From positions 3,060,001 through 3,092,000 of the forward strand of contig NZ_LN885086.1 in NCBI RefSeq assembly GCF_001458695.1: 32,000 nt of DNA. Direction: 5' to 3'. This stretch comes from Candidatus Nitrospira inopinata (GTDB lineage Bacteria > Nitrospirota > Nitrospiria > Nitrospirales > Nitrospiraceae). Below, piece by piece: positions 10,042 to 18,566 of the stretch. The notes beneath the pieces were generated by a model. It did no database searches. It was not told the origin of the DNA and worked only from the letters and a program-made list of their open reading frames with translations. A program made the position numbers and the translations under genes. Numbering within the stretch: the stretch's first letter is position 1; each line of letters begins with the position of its first letter.

Positions 10042-11144
10042 CGAAAGCCAAACGCATCGTCGTCAAGATCGGAAGCAGTCTGATCGCTTCCCGCGCCACC
10101 GGCTTGCGTCTCGATCAAATCGAGCGACTTGCCGACGAGCTGGCCGTTTTACGAACAAGCGGCAGAGAAGTGCTGGTCGTCTCATCCGGGGCGATCGTGT
10201 CCGGCATCAAGAAATTGCGGTTGAAGGAATATCCGAAAAGCCTTCCGGTCAAACAAGCCGCCGCGGCCGTCGGACAAAGCCGCCTGATGTGGGCTTATGA
10301 AAAAGCGTTCGAACGGAGCGGCATTCAAGTCGCGCAAGTTCTCCTCACCCATCAGGACCTGGCCGATCGCCGCCGATTCTTAAACGCCCGCTACACCCTC
10401 GCGGCTTTGATCGGATTCGGAATCCTTCCGATCATCAACGAGAACGACACCGTGGCCGTTGATGAAATTCGAGTCGGCGACAACGACACATTGGCGAGCG
10501 AGGTCGCTCACTTGGTGGACGCGGAGTTGCTCGTCATTTTATCCGACGTCGACGGCCTCTATACGGAAGACCCGAGAAAAAACCCGGCCGCGACGCTGAT
10601 CCCGATCATTCCGGACATCACGGAAGACATCGAGCGACGAGCCGGCGTCTCGAGCACCTTTGAGGGAACCGGAGGGATGGCGACCAAGGTCCGCGCCGCC
10701 AAGAAGGTCGGCGAGTACGGCGTTCCCACGTTGATCATCAACGGCGAACGGCCGGGACTTCTTTCAAGCGTGCTGGCCGGAAATCCCGGCGGCAGTCTCT
10801 TCTTGGCGCGGGAACGGAGAATGAAGAGCCGCAAACATTGGATCGCCTTTACTCTGCGCCCCCGCGGGCGCGTGCGGTTGGATCAAGGAGCGGTCGAGGC
10901 CTTGGTCAAGCGGGGAAAAAGTCTCCTGGCTTCCGGCATCGTCGAGGTCATCGGCGATTTTGAGGCGGGCGACCCGGTCGCTTGCCTGGATCCCGACGGA
11001 AAAGAATTCGCCAAAGGACTGGTGAATTTTTCCTCGGACCTGTTGGATCGCATGAAAGGCCTCAAGACGGCGGACATTCATGAGCGAATCGGACCGCAGG
11101 AATACGAAGAAGTGATCCACAGAGACAACCTGGTCGTTTTCTAG
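10023..11144 (+). CDS. proB: glutamate 5-kinase (with C-terminal PUA domain)
   Basis: The sequence has MRDEILTKAKRIVVKIGSSL, NENDTV and a PUA-like C-terminus. I chose the ATG at 10023, which overlaps the obg 3' end by 19 nt. The ORF-track start at 9912 would add an Arg-rich extension inside obg. Confidence 0.95.
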   Translation: MRDEILTKAKRIVVKIGSSLIASRATGLRLDQIERLADELAVLRTSGREVLVVSSGAIVSGIKKLRLKEYPKSLPVKQAAAAVGQSRLMWAYEKAFERSGIQVAQVLLTHQDLADRRRFLNARYTLAALIGFGILPIINENDTVAVDEIRVGDNDTLASEVAHLVDAELLVILSDVDGLYTEDPRKNPAATLIPIIPDITEDIERRAGVSSTFEGTGGMATKVRAAKKVGEYGVPTLIINGERPGLLSSVLAGNPGGSLFLARERRMKSRKHWIAFTLRPRGRVRLDQGAVEALVKRGKSLLASGIVEVIGDFEAGDPVACLDPDGKEFAKGLVNFSSDLLDRMKGLKTADIHERIGPQEYEEVIHRDNLVVF

Positions 11145-11174
11145 GCTTCGAGTCGCACGCGCCGCCGTTCGGTC

Positions 11175-11897
11175 ATGAGCGCTTCTCCTCCTGCTTCCCA
11201 CCCCTCCCCGTTCAAGCTGGGACTCCTCGGCGGCAGTTTCAATCCCATTCACAACGGCCACTTGGCCGTTGCGAGCGAGGTCCGAGACAGGCTGGGACTC
11301 AACCGGGTGCTCTTTATTCCGGCCGGCGATCCGCCCCACAAGCGGAACGGATCGCTGGCGTCCGCAACGGATCGCTATGAAATGGTCCGGCTTGCCATCG
11401 CCGGAACGCCGTCGTTCGATCTCTCGGACATGGAAATCAAGCGAACGGGAAAGTCGTACTCCATCGATACCGTTCGAGCGTTGGAGCGGCAATTCGGCCT
11501 TTCGACGGACTTGTACTTCCTGATCGGACTGGACGCGTTTCTTGACGTCCATAATTGGAAAGCTCCCTTGGAATTGCTGCAAGCGTGCCGATTCGTCGTC
11601 GTGCCTCGACCGGGACAATCGTATCGTCATCTCGCGAGCGTTCCCTTGCTGCCGAGCCTCGATCACGATATGTTGGCCAAGCTTGACGCGGGAATCCTGC
11701 CCCGACTGGACATCTCAAGTGCGTCATGTCGAGGCGTGATCTGTCTTCCGATCCCGCTCTGCCCCATTTCGGCGTCCGACATTCGGCGGCGGGTCAGAAA
11801 CGGTGACACACTGGCAAATCTGTTGCCGCCCCCCGTTGAATCTTATATACTTCGGCATCGCTTGTATCAGGAGGATCGCGATCGCACAAACATCTAA
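11175..11897 (+). CDS. nadD: nicotinate-nucleotide adenylyltransferase
   Basis: 240 aa with GGSFNPIHNGH (the HxGH nucleotidyltransferase motif) and a C-terminal ISASDIRRRV. Confidence 0.93.
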   Translation: MSASPPASHPSPFKLGLLGGSFNPIHNGHLAVASEVRDRLGLNRVLFIPAGDPPHKRNGSLASATDRYEMVRLAIAGTPSFDLSDMEIKRTGKSYSIDTVRALERQFGLSTDLYFLIGLDAFLDVHNWKAPLELLQACRFVVVPRPGQSYRHLASVPLLPSLDHDMLAKLDAGILPRLDISSASCRGVICLPIPLCPISASDIRRRVRNGDTLANLLPPPVESYILRHRLYQEDRDRTNI

Positions 11898-11925
11898 GGC
11901 CGTCGCACTCGCCATCGGAAAGGCG

Positions 11926-12303
11926 ATGCTCGACAAGAAGGCCGTCGATGTCCAGGTGCTGCACGTCGCCCCGTTGACGTCCGTCGCCGATTATTTGGTC
12001 ATCGGCTCGGCGGACTCGGATCGGCAAACCCGTGCCATTGCCGACCATATCGATGGAACGATTTCCCGTCTGGGGCGTCGCGCGCTGAGCATCGAAGGAA
12101 CGGCGACGGGACAATGGGTTTTGATCGACTTCGGCGACGTGGTCGCCCATGTGTTTAGGCAGGATGCTCGATCTCACTATGCCCTCGAGCGGCTCTGGAG
12201 TGACGCGAAGTCGGTGCCGATCCCCCCGGACTCAAAGGTCGTTCCTGATGAGTCCCAACGGCGTGTCGCGACTCGAAAAGCAGCCGCCCGCAAGTCGGTT
12301 TAG
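11926..12303 (+). CDS. rsfS: ribosome silencing factor RsfS (Iojap family); start codon uncertain
   Basis: The sequence has KAVDVQVLHV...ADYLVIGSADSDRQTRAIADHI...WVLIDFGDVVAHVF...YALERLW. The first canonical ATG is at 11926, but family-like sequence (AQTSKAVALAIGKA) continues upstream of it (see finding). Confidence 0.85.
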   Translation: MLDKKAVDVQVLHVAPLTSVADYLVIGSADSDRQTRAIADHIDGTISRLGRRALSIEGTATGQWVLIDFGDVVAHVFRQDARSHYALERLWSDAKSVPIPPDSKVVPDESQRRVATRKAAARKSV

Positions 12304-12305
12304 TC

Positions 12306-13709
12306 ATGCTCAGACTGTTGATCACGATCTTTTTGATCAGCGCCGGTATTTTCATCTATAGTTATTTCCGCGAACTGAATCCCGGCGCGGTGACGATTCA
12401 TACAAGCCCCACGACCGAATTCGACCTCAGCCCCGTCAACCTGGTCTTGATCTCCATGGCCGCCGGCTCGGTCTTTGTCGCCTTCCTGGTCGGCCTCCAA
12501 CAGACGGCCCACGCCATCGTCAACTGGCGCAGCAACCGACAGGTCCGTCGCAAGGAAAAAGTGGACGTGTTGCATCGGGACGGCACCCATGCCTTGATGT
12601 CCAAACGGACGATGGAGGCGATCTCACTGTTTGAGAAGGCCCTCGCCATCGATCCCAACCGCGTCGATTCGCTTCTATGGCTCGGAAACATCTACCGATC
12701 CGAGCGTAATTTCTCCGAAGCCATTCGGCTTCATCAGCACGCCCATCGGGTCGACGACCGGAACATTGAAATTCTACTCGAATTGGGCACGGATCTGGAG
12801 TGTGCCAAGCGATATGAAGAGGCGCTTCAGGCTTTTGACAAGATCCTAAAGATCGAGTCGGACAATTTGACGGCGCTGATCCGCAAGCGGGATCTCAATA
12901 TCCGCTTGGAACGGTGGAGCGAGGCGCTCGAAATTCAACACCGCTTGCTCAAGGCCTCTCTGCCCGCTCAGGAAAAACGGGCGGAAGCGGAATTGCTGGT
13001 CGGTTGCATGTACGAAGTCGGGCGTCAACTGCTGGAGCGCGGACACCCGGACAAAGCTCGCCGCTATTTTCGAGGCGCCATCAAGAAGGACCGCGCCTTC
13101 CTCCCCGCGTACATCGGATTGGGCGAAATTTTGATCCACGAAGGCAAGACCAAGGAAGCCGTCGAAATTTTCAAGAAGGTCTATGCCAGGACGCGAAGCA
13201 TGATCATTCTTCACCGGCTCGAAGAATTGTTCCTCGACCAAGGGGAACCCGGGGAAATCATTCGCGTCTATCAGGAGGCCTTGCAGCACAATCCGCAGGA
13301 TCCCGTGCTGCAATTCTACTTGGGCAAGCTCTATTACAGGCTTGAAATGGTGGATGAAGCCTTCGAGATCCTTTCGACGATCGAAGGTCCTCAAGACTAC
13401 CTGCTCGACTATCACAAGATCATGGCCAATCTCTTCTTGCGCAAGCAACAATTCGAGCAGGCCATCGTCGAGTTGAAGAAAGCGCTCGGTTTCAAAAAGC
13501 GCGTCGTCGTTCCCTACATTTGCACCCAGTGCAGGCAAGAATCCGCGGAATGGTCGGGGCGCTGCCGCGGATGCGCCCGATGGAATACGCTCACCGCCCT
13601 TCCCTGGCTCGAAGCCGGTCAACCCGTCTCCCATTCGGATGGGGAAGCAAGCCCGCTTGTTCGCACCATTCCTTATCAAGGCATTGCGTCGCCGTTTGAA
13701 ACCGTGTAG
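12306..13709 (+). CDS. lapB: LapA-like membrane module fused to LapB/YciM-like TPR protein with C-terminal rubredoxin-type zinc finger
   Basis: 467 aa. Two N-terminal TM helices are followed by a basic stretch (WRSNRQVRRKEK), which is LapA/DUF1049-like. Multiple TPR repeats follow, then C-x2-C-x11-C-x2-C (CTQCRQESAEWSGRCRGCARWNT) as in LapB. The ATG lies 2 nt after the rsfS stop. Confidence 0.8.
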   Translation: MLRLLITIFLISAGIFIYSYFRELNPGAVTIHTSPTTEFDLSPVNLVLISMAAGSVFVAFLVGLQQTAHAIVNWRSNRQVRRKEKVDVLHRDGTHALMSKRTMEAISLFEKALAIDPNRVDSLLWLGNIYRSERNFSEAIRLHQHAHRVDDRNIEILLELGTDLECAKRYEEALQAFDKILKIESDNLTALIRKRDLNIRLERWSEALEIQHRLLKASLPAQEKRAEAELLVGCMYEVGRQLLERGHPDKARRYFRGAIKKDRAFLPAYIGLGEILIHEGKTKEAVEIFKKVYARTRSMIILHRLEELFLDQGEPGEIIRVYQEALQHNPQDPVLQFYLGKLYYRLEMVDEAFEILSTIEGPQDYLLDYHKIMANLFLRKQQFEQAIVELKKALGFKKRVVVPYICTQCRQESAEWSGRCRGCARWNTLTALPWLEAGQPVSHSDGEASPLVRTIPYQGIASPFETV

Positions 13710-13717
13710 GGTCCCGA

Positions 13718-13748
13718 AAGCGGCCCGTTGCCAAGGAACGGGCCGCTT
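13718..13748 (+). terminator. stable GC-rich hairpin after the lapA/B gene (possible intrinsic terminator without a U-tract)
   Basis: A perfect 12-bp stem, AAGCGGCCCGTT (13718-13729) paired with AACGGGCCGCTT (13737-13748), has a 7-nt loop. It starts 9 nt after the stop codon. No T-run follows. Confidence 0.5.
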
Positions 13749-13814
13749 GCCAATGAGAAAGTGGAGAAATAACTCGAGTCGAACAATCCCGGAACCACCT
13801 GACAAGAGGCCGCA

Positions 13815-14813
13815 GTGATGACCACCTATTTGCAACTCGCAGAGAAAGCCCTTCACGACCAACCGCTGACCGCGGCCGAATCGCGCGCCGTATTGAACGC
13901 GCCGGACGATGATCTCTTGGCCTTGCTGCACGCCGCGTTCGTCGTTCGATCGAAATATTTCGGTCGGACCGTCCGTCTTCAAATGCTGCAAAACGCCAAA
14001 AGTGGCGCCTGCCAGGAGGACTGTCACTACTGCTCGCAATCGTCCGTTTCCACCGCTCCGATCGAGCGATATAATCTGTTGCCGCGGTCTCGGATGATCG
14101 AGGGCGCGCGTCTGGCTTCCGCCTCAAAGGCTCAACGCTACTGCATCGTCATCAGCGGCCGGAGCCCGCTGGATCGCGAAATCGAAGAAATCGCCGAAGC
14201 CGTCCGTTCAATCAAACACGAGATTCCCATCCAAATTTGCTGTTCCCTCGGCCTGCTGAGCGAGGCGCAGGCCAAGCGGCTCAAGGAAGCGGGAGTGGAT
14301 CGGGTGAATCACAATTTGAACACCAGCGAAGCGTATCACCCTTCCATTTGCACGACCCACACGTTCCAAGACCGTTTGGCCACGATCAGAAACGCGCGCG
14401 CGGCCGGCTTGGAAATCTGCTCCGGCGGCATCGTCGGAATGGGCGAACAAGACGACGATCTCATCGACTTGGCCATGACACTCCGGGACGTGAAGCCGGA
14501 TTCAATCCCCCTGAACATGCTCAACCCGGTGTCGGGAACGCCGATGGCGGACTGCGATCACTTAACTCCGCAACGCTGCCTGAAGGTGCTGTGTCTGTTC
14601 CGTTTCCTCCATCCGAGAACCGAGATCCGAATCGCCGGGGGGCGGGAGCACAACCTTCGCAGCCTCCAACCGTTGGCGCTCTATCCGGCCGACTCTCTCT
14701 TCGTCAACGGCTACCTGACGACTCCGGGGTCGCCGGCGCCGGAAGTCTGGAAGATGATCGAAGACCTGGGGTTCACTATCGAAATAGACGACCGGCAACC
14801 GGCAGCCTCATGA
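13815..14813 (+). CDS. bioB: biotin synthase (radical SAM)
   Basis: 332 aa with the CxxxCxxC cluster motif (CQEDCHYCSQS), VNHNLNTSE and ICSGGIVGMGE. The start is GTG 13815 or ATG 13818. Confidence 0.95.
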   Translation: MMTTYLQLAEKALHDQPLTAAESRAVLNAPDDDLLALLHAAFVVRSKYFGRTVRLQMLQNAKSGACQEDCHYCSQSSVSTAPIERYNLLPRSRMIEGARLASASKAQRYCIVISGRSPLDREIEEIAEAVRSIKHEIPIQICCSLGLLSEAQAKRLKEAGVDRVNHNLNTSEAYHPSICTTHTFQDRLATIRNARAAGLEICSGGIVGMGEQDDDLIDLAMTLRDVKPDSIPLNMLNPVSGTPMADCDHLTPQRCLKVLCLFRFLHPRTEIRIAGGREHNLRSLQPLALYPADSLFVNGYLTTPGSPAPEVWKMIEDLGFTIEIDDRQPAAS

Positions 14814-14955
14814 CAGTGAACGCTCATGATCGGCTCCACACTGCTTGTGAGCTTGTCGGCTTTTTCACGGTCACGCCAGGACCTTGAAGCGTCACTGATG
14901 CCGTGACCTAAAGCCGGCTTTCTCGGAATCATTTATAACAGAACCCTGGTGCCGA

Positions 14956-15591
14956 ATGCGCCGACGGCTGATCGGGCAAAGAATCGCGGCAAGTTGCCTG
15001 GCCGGCATCGTGCTCTTTTTCCCGTATCTCTCTGAATCCTTGGCGGAACTCGACCCCCTCCAACCGCCGCCCGCCGAGGGAGTCCTCTTGGTTGCACATC
15101 CGTCGATGGACGATCCCAACTTCCGCCGCACAGTCGTGCTGCTTGTCGAACACGGTCCTCAAGGAACGGTCGGTTTCATACTGAACCGCCCCTCCGACAT
15201 TCCCCTGTCCCAGGCATTGCCGGACCTTCCCGCAATCAAGGAGACCGGCCACCCACTGTTCATCGGCGGACCTGTGTCCCCAAACCGCATGACGATGCTG
15301 GTCCGTTTGACGGAGCCTCTCCCTGATATGCGGCGGATATTCGACGGAATCTACGTGGGCGGCTCGTTGGAACTCCTGGAACGCTTGGTAACACGACCCA
15401 AGCCGATGGAGGCCTTTCGAGTCTTCGCAGGAATGGCCGGTTGGGCGCCGGGACAACTGGCGTTCGAACTACGCCAGGGAGCGTGGGCGACCTTGTCGCC
15501 GGACGTCACCGCCATCTTCGATCATGACCCGGACACTCTTTGGCTTGAGAGTCTCCGGCGCCTTCAGACGCCGAGAACCATTTCTCGTTGA
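14956..15591 (+). CDS. YqgE/AlgH-family (UPF0301/DUF179) protein with an atypical hydrophobic N-terminal extension
   Basis: The core LLVAHPSMDDPNFRRTVVLLVEHGPQGTVGFILNRP and GGPV are typical of YqgE/AlgH. An alternative TTG start at 15040 would remove the extension. Confidence 0.85.
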   Translation: MRRRLIGQRIAASCLAGIVLFFPYLSESLAELDPLQPPPAEGVLLVAHPSMDDPNFRRTVVLLVEHGPQGTVGFILNRPSDIPLSQALPDLPAIKETGHPLFIGGPVSPNRMTMLVRLTEPLPDMRRIFDGIYVGGSLELLERLVTRPKPMEAFRVFAGMAGWAPGQLAFELRQGAWATLSPDVTAIFDHDPDTLWLESLRRLQTPRTISR

Positions 15592-15774
15592 AACGGATTC
15601 CTCCTCGGCGATCAGCCCGAGTCGGCGATTTTTCGATTGCCGTCCCGAAGAGTATCTCTCTATACTAAGGGTAATTATGAGAGACTAACGACTCTAGGGA
15701 AATGATTTATTCGACCCGCCTGACAAGACATCCAGCCGTTCGACGCCGGTGAATCATCACAACGGGAGAAATCG

Positions 15775-16875
15775 GTGAAAACCACTTTATGGAAGAGTTT
15801 GATTGTGTTCTGTCTGGTCGCGACATGCGGAACGCCAGACTTTTCGTTCGCCCAATCGCCCGCCCCCACCCCGTCGAGACCGGACGTCGTCACCTTGAAA
15901 GACGGCAGTCTTCTTTATGGCGAAATCATCGAAATGACCGGCGAGGTTCTCTCCATCAAGTCGGCGTCCAGCGCCGACAACATGATAAAAATCAAGTGGG
16001 ATGATGTGGCCGCATTGGAAGTCACCCATCCGATTCCTTTCCATCTGAAAGAAGGGACGATCCTCAACGGCACCGCCACAGCCGGCCCGGATCGGACCAT
16101 CAATATCCAGGCCGATCCCCTTCAAGGATCGATGACCGTTCCATTGTCCTCCATCGAATCCATCAATCCGCTGGCTCAGCCGCCCGTCGTGTACATCGGA
16201 AGCTTGAACGCCGGGTTCTCACAAGCCACGGGCAACAGCCGTCTTCGCAACGTGAGCGTGGTCGGCGACCTCGTCGCCCGCAGCGAACAACTCCGGTTGA
16301 CCATGCTGGGCCGCTACGTCTACGGCGACAACGCCGGCGTCCTCATTACGCGCAACGCGCGGGGGACCATCAAGCTGGACTTTTTCATCACGAAGCGACT
16401 GTTCTGGTTCGCCTCGGCCTACTTCGAAAACGACCGGTTTCAAGATCTGAAGCTCAGGACGGCCATCTCCAGCGGCCCTGGATTTCAGTGGATCGACCGC
16501 GGAGACTACGGCGGACTCTTCAAAGACATGACGTTCTACACGGAAGCCGGCTTGTCGTATTTCAACGAAGATTTCCGCACCGCCGCCGATCAATCGAGCT
16601 TCCGCGCCCGCGTTTCCATGAAATTGGACTGGCCGCTCTTCGACGGCCGGGTCACGCTCTATCACTACGATGAGATTTTTCCGTCCATTGAGAACGCCTC
16701 GGATTTTTTTCTCACCATGGACAATGGCATCCGTTTGAAAATCGTCGCGGGCTTGGCCAGCGGCTTTCAGGTGACCACGCGCTACAACAATCGACCGCCC
16801 GCCGGAACGACCGACACCGACCATCTGTATCTGTTCACGTTGGGGTATAGTTTCGACACCACCCGCAAGCGATAA
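15775..16875 (+). CDS. DUF481-family (YdiY-like) outer-membrane beta-barrel protein
   Basis: 366 aa. GTG start with GGGAG 6 nt upstream. A signal peptide ends in FSFAQ. The N-terminal half has repeats of the form L.DGS.L.G.I. The C-terminal half has GNSRLRN...AYFENDRFQDLKLRT...GPGFQW, as in DUF481. Confidence 0.7.
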   Translation: MKTTLWKSLIVFCLVATCGTPDFSFAQSPAPTPSRPDVVTLKDGSLLYGEIIEMTGEVLSIKSASSADNMIKIKWDDVAALEVTHPIPFHLKEGTILNGTATAGPDRTINIQADPLQGSMTVPLSSIESINPLAQPPVVYIGSLNAGFSQATGNSRLRNVSVVGDLVARSEQLRLTMLGRYVYGDNAGVLITRNARGTIKLDFFITKRLFWFASAYFENDRFQDLKLRTAISSGPGFQWIDRGDYGGLFKDMTFYTEAGLSYFNEDFRTAADQSSFRARVSMKLDWPLFDGRVTLYHYDEIFPSIENASDFFLTMDNGIRLKIVAGLASGFQVTTRYNNRPPAGTTDTDHLYLFTLGYSFDTTRKR

Positions 16876-16920
16876 CGGCGGAAACAGCGCATCGAACCCT
16901 GTTTTCGGAGGAGGAACGTC

Positions 16921-17355
16921 ATGTTGAAAGAATTCAAAGAATTCGCGATGAGGGGCAACGTGCTCGATATGGCGATCGGTGTCATCATGGGAGGCGCGTT
17001 CGGCAAAATCGTGTCGTCGCTTGTCAGCGACGTGCTGATGCCGCCGTTGGGCTTGATCCTTGGCAAGGTCGATTTCTCAAGCCTCTTCATCAACCTCTCC
17101 GATACGTCCTACCCCTCGCTGGTGGCGGCCAAGGCCGCCGGGGCTCCGACCCTCAACTACGGAGTCTTCTTACAAAGCGTCTTCGACTTTCTGATCATCG
17201 CGTTTGCGATTTTCATGGTGGTCAAACAGATCAACCGGTTTAAGCGCGAGGCGCCTCCTCCACCTCCACCCGCTCCACCGGAGCCGACCAGCGAGGAAAA
17301 GTTATTGATGGAAATCCGAGACTTGCTAAAGAGCCGCCAATCCGGTCTACAATGA
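16921..17355 (+). CDS. mscL: large-conductance mechanosensitive channel
   Basis: 144 aa with [42 protein letters not shown] and a C-terminal [13 protein letters not shown]. Confidence 0.95.
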   Translation: MLKEFKEFAMRGNVLDMAIGVIMGGAFGKIVSSLVSDVLMPPLGLILGKVDFSSLFINLSDTSYPSLVAAKAAGAPTLNYGVFLQSVFDFLIIAFAIFMVVKQINRFKREAPPPPPPAPPEPTSEEKLLMEIRDLLKSRQSGLQ

Positions 17356-17425
17356 CCACCGGATCAGATCGGCCGAATTCTCGATAGCACCGCGGGCGAT
17401 GCCTGACACAAACAAGGAGGTTTTT

Positions 17426-18340
17426 ATGAAGAAACGCCATGCCGGACTTGTGGCGATGGGCTTGGTGACCCTCATCGGCTGTTCTTCCTATATCAAGCAA
17501 CCGACCGTTTGCATTGACCGATGGTATGGGTACGTCCAAGAGAGCGGATGTCCGTCCGCCGTCAAGGCGGCGGCCGTCGATGAAACAGCCGCCCGCCTGG
17601 CCGCTCTTGAGCGAGAGCGACAACGACTGGCCGATGAACTGGACGCAGCGCGGCGTCAAAACGGCACGTTGAGCAGTCGAGTGAGCGATCTGGAACGACA
17701 ATTGGCAGACCGAGATCGGGAACTCGCGGCGCTTCGTTCCGGCAGCGGCGAGCGCGAGCGGCTGGCAAATCAGCTCGCCTCCGTCCAAAGCGACAGGGAC
17801 CGGCTGGCGGCGGAATTGGCAACGGCCAACCAACGGATCGCGGATCTCGAGCGGCAATTGGCCGAGGCGCGGGCGGCTCAAGCGGCTCCAGCCCCAAAGC
17901 TCGAAAGCGCAAGGCAAGGGCTCGTCAGAGCGCTCAGGCCGCAAATTGCAAAGGGTGACATTTCGATCGATCTCAACAGCGAGCGGCTGCTGATCAATTT
18001 GGCGTCCAATTACCTGTTCGGCTCCGGCCAAGACCAGCTCAAGCCGGGCGGCGTTGAAGCGCTCAAGAAGGTCGGCGAGGTATTGAAAGACTACCCGGAG
18101 TATTCGGTGTCCGTTGCAGGACACACGGACAATAGGCCGCTCCGGAGCACCTTAAAGAAGAAATTCGCATCGAACCAAGAACTGTCTGAAGCACGGGCTG
18201 CAAGCGCGGCCAGGGCACTGGCGGAAGGAGGACTGACCTCCGTGACGACGGCCGGCCATGCCGACACTCAACCGGTCGCCTCAAACGACACCGAAGCGGG
18301 GCGAGCGCAAAACCGACGGGTCGAGATCATCGTCAAGTAA
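17426..18340 (+). CDS. OmpA/MotB-family peptidoglycan-binding lipoprotein with a central coiled coil
   Basis: The ATG at 17426 has AAGGAGG 6 nt upstream. A lipobox is present (LIGC). The coiled coil is about 110 aa with repeated DLERQLA. The C-terminal OmpA_C-like domain has GHTDN...SNQELSEARA...NRRVEI. Confidence 0.85.
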   Translation: MKKRHAGLVAMGLVTLIGCSSYIKQPTVCIDRWYGYVQESGCPSAVKAAAVDETAARLAALERERQRLADELDAARRQNGTLSSRVSDLERQLADRDRELAALRSGSGERERLANQLASVQSDRDRLAAELATANQRIADLERQLAEARAAQAAPAPKLESARQGLVRALRPQIAKGDISIDLNSERLLINLASNYLFGSGQDQLKPGGVEALKKVGEVLKDYPEYSVSVAGHTDNRPLRSTLKKKFASNQELSEARAASAARALAEGGLTSVTTAGHADTQPVASNDTEAGRAQNRRVEIIVK

Positions 18341-18387
18341 GAGAATGGGAGAGAGCTGACTAGACAACTTCTCCGTGCATCAGCGCG

Positions 18388-18440
18388 GCTGGAAGAGATC
18401 TTCCATGTGTGAGGATCTCTTCCAGCGCACTCCTGATTTT
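18388..18440 (+). terminator. intrinsic terminator between the convergent OmpA-like and TPR genes
   Basis: A perfect 13-bp stem, GCTGGAAGAGATC (18388-18400) paired with GATCTCTTCCAGC (18414-18426), has a 13-nt loop. A TTTT run follows at 18437-18440. Confidence 0.6.
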
Positions 18441-18566
18441 CCCCCACGTCAAAGTCTGACACTCATCCAAGTTTGTGTAGAGAGTGCATCGGTTTCCGGG
18501 GTCTTACTGCTCTCAGTACCCGTCAGCCTTACCGACGCTCTCCTATCGATGCCGTTTGGAAAATCG

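Noticed and set aside
10764-11666. 300-aa minus-strand ORF across proB/nadD. Similar long antisense ORFs lie at 17240..18124, 24000..24617, 24684..25286, 28701..29564 and 30066..30854.
   Set aside because: All are antisense to genes with strong family signatures. All are Arg/Gly/Pro/His-rich, and none has a plausible Shine-Dalgarno or domain. They are a consequence of stop-codon depletion on the antisense strand of GC3-rich genes.
12846-14039. 397-aa minus-strand ORF spanning the lapB/bioB junction
   Set aside because: It is antisense to two genes with unambiguous motifs (the LapB zinc finger and the BioB CxxxCxxC). It crosses the intergenic terminator hairpin and has no recognisable features.
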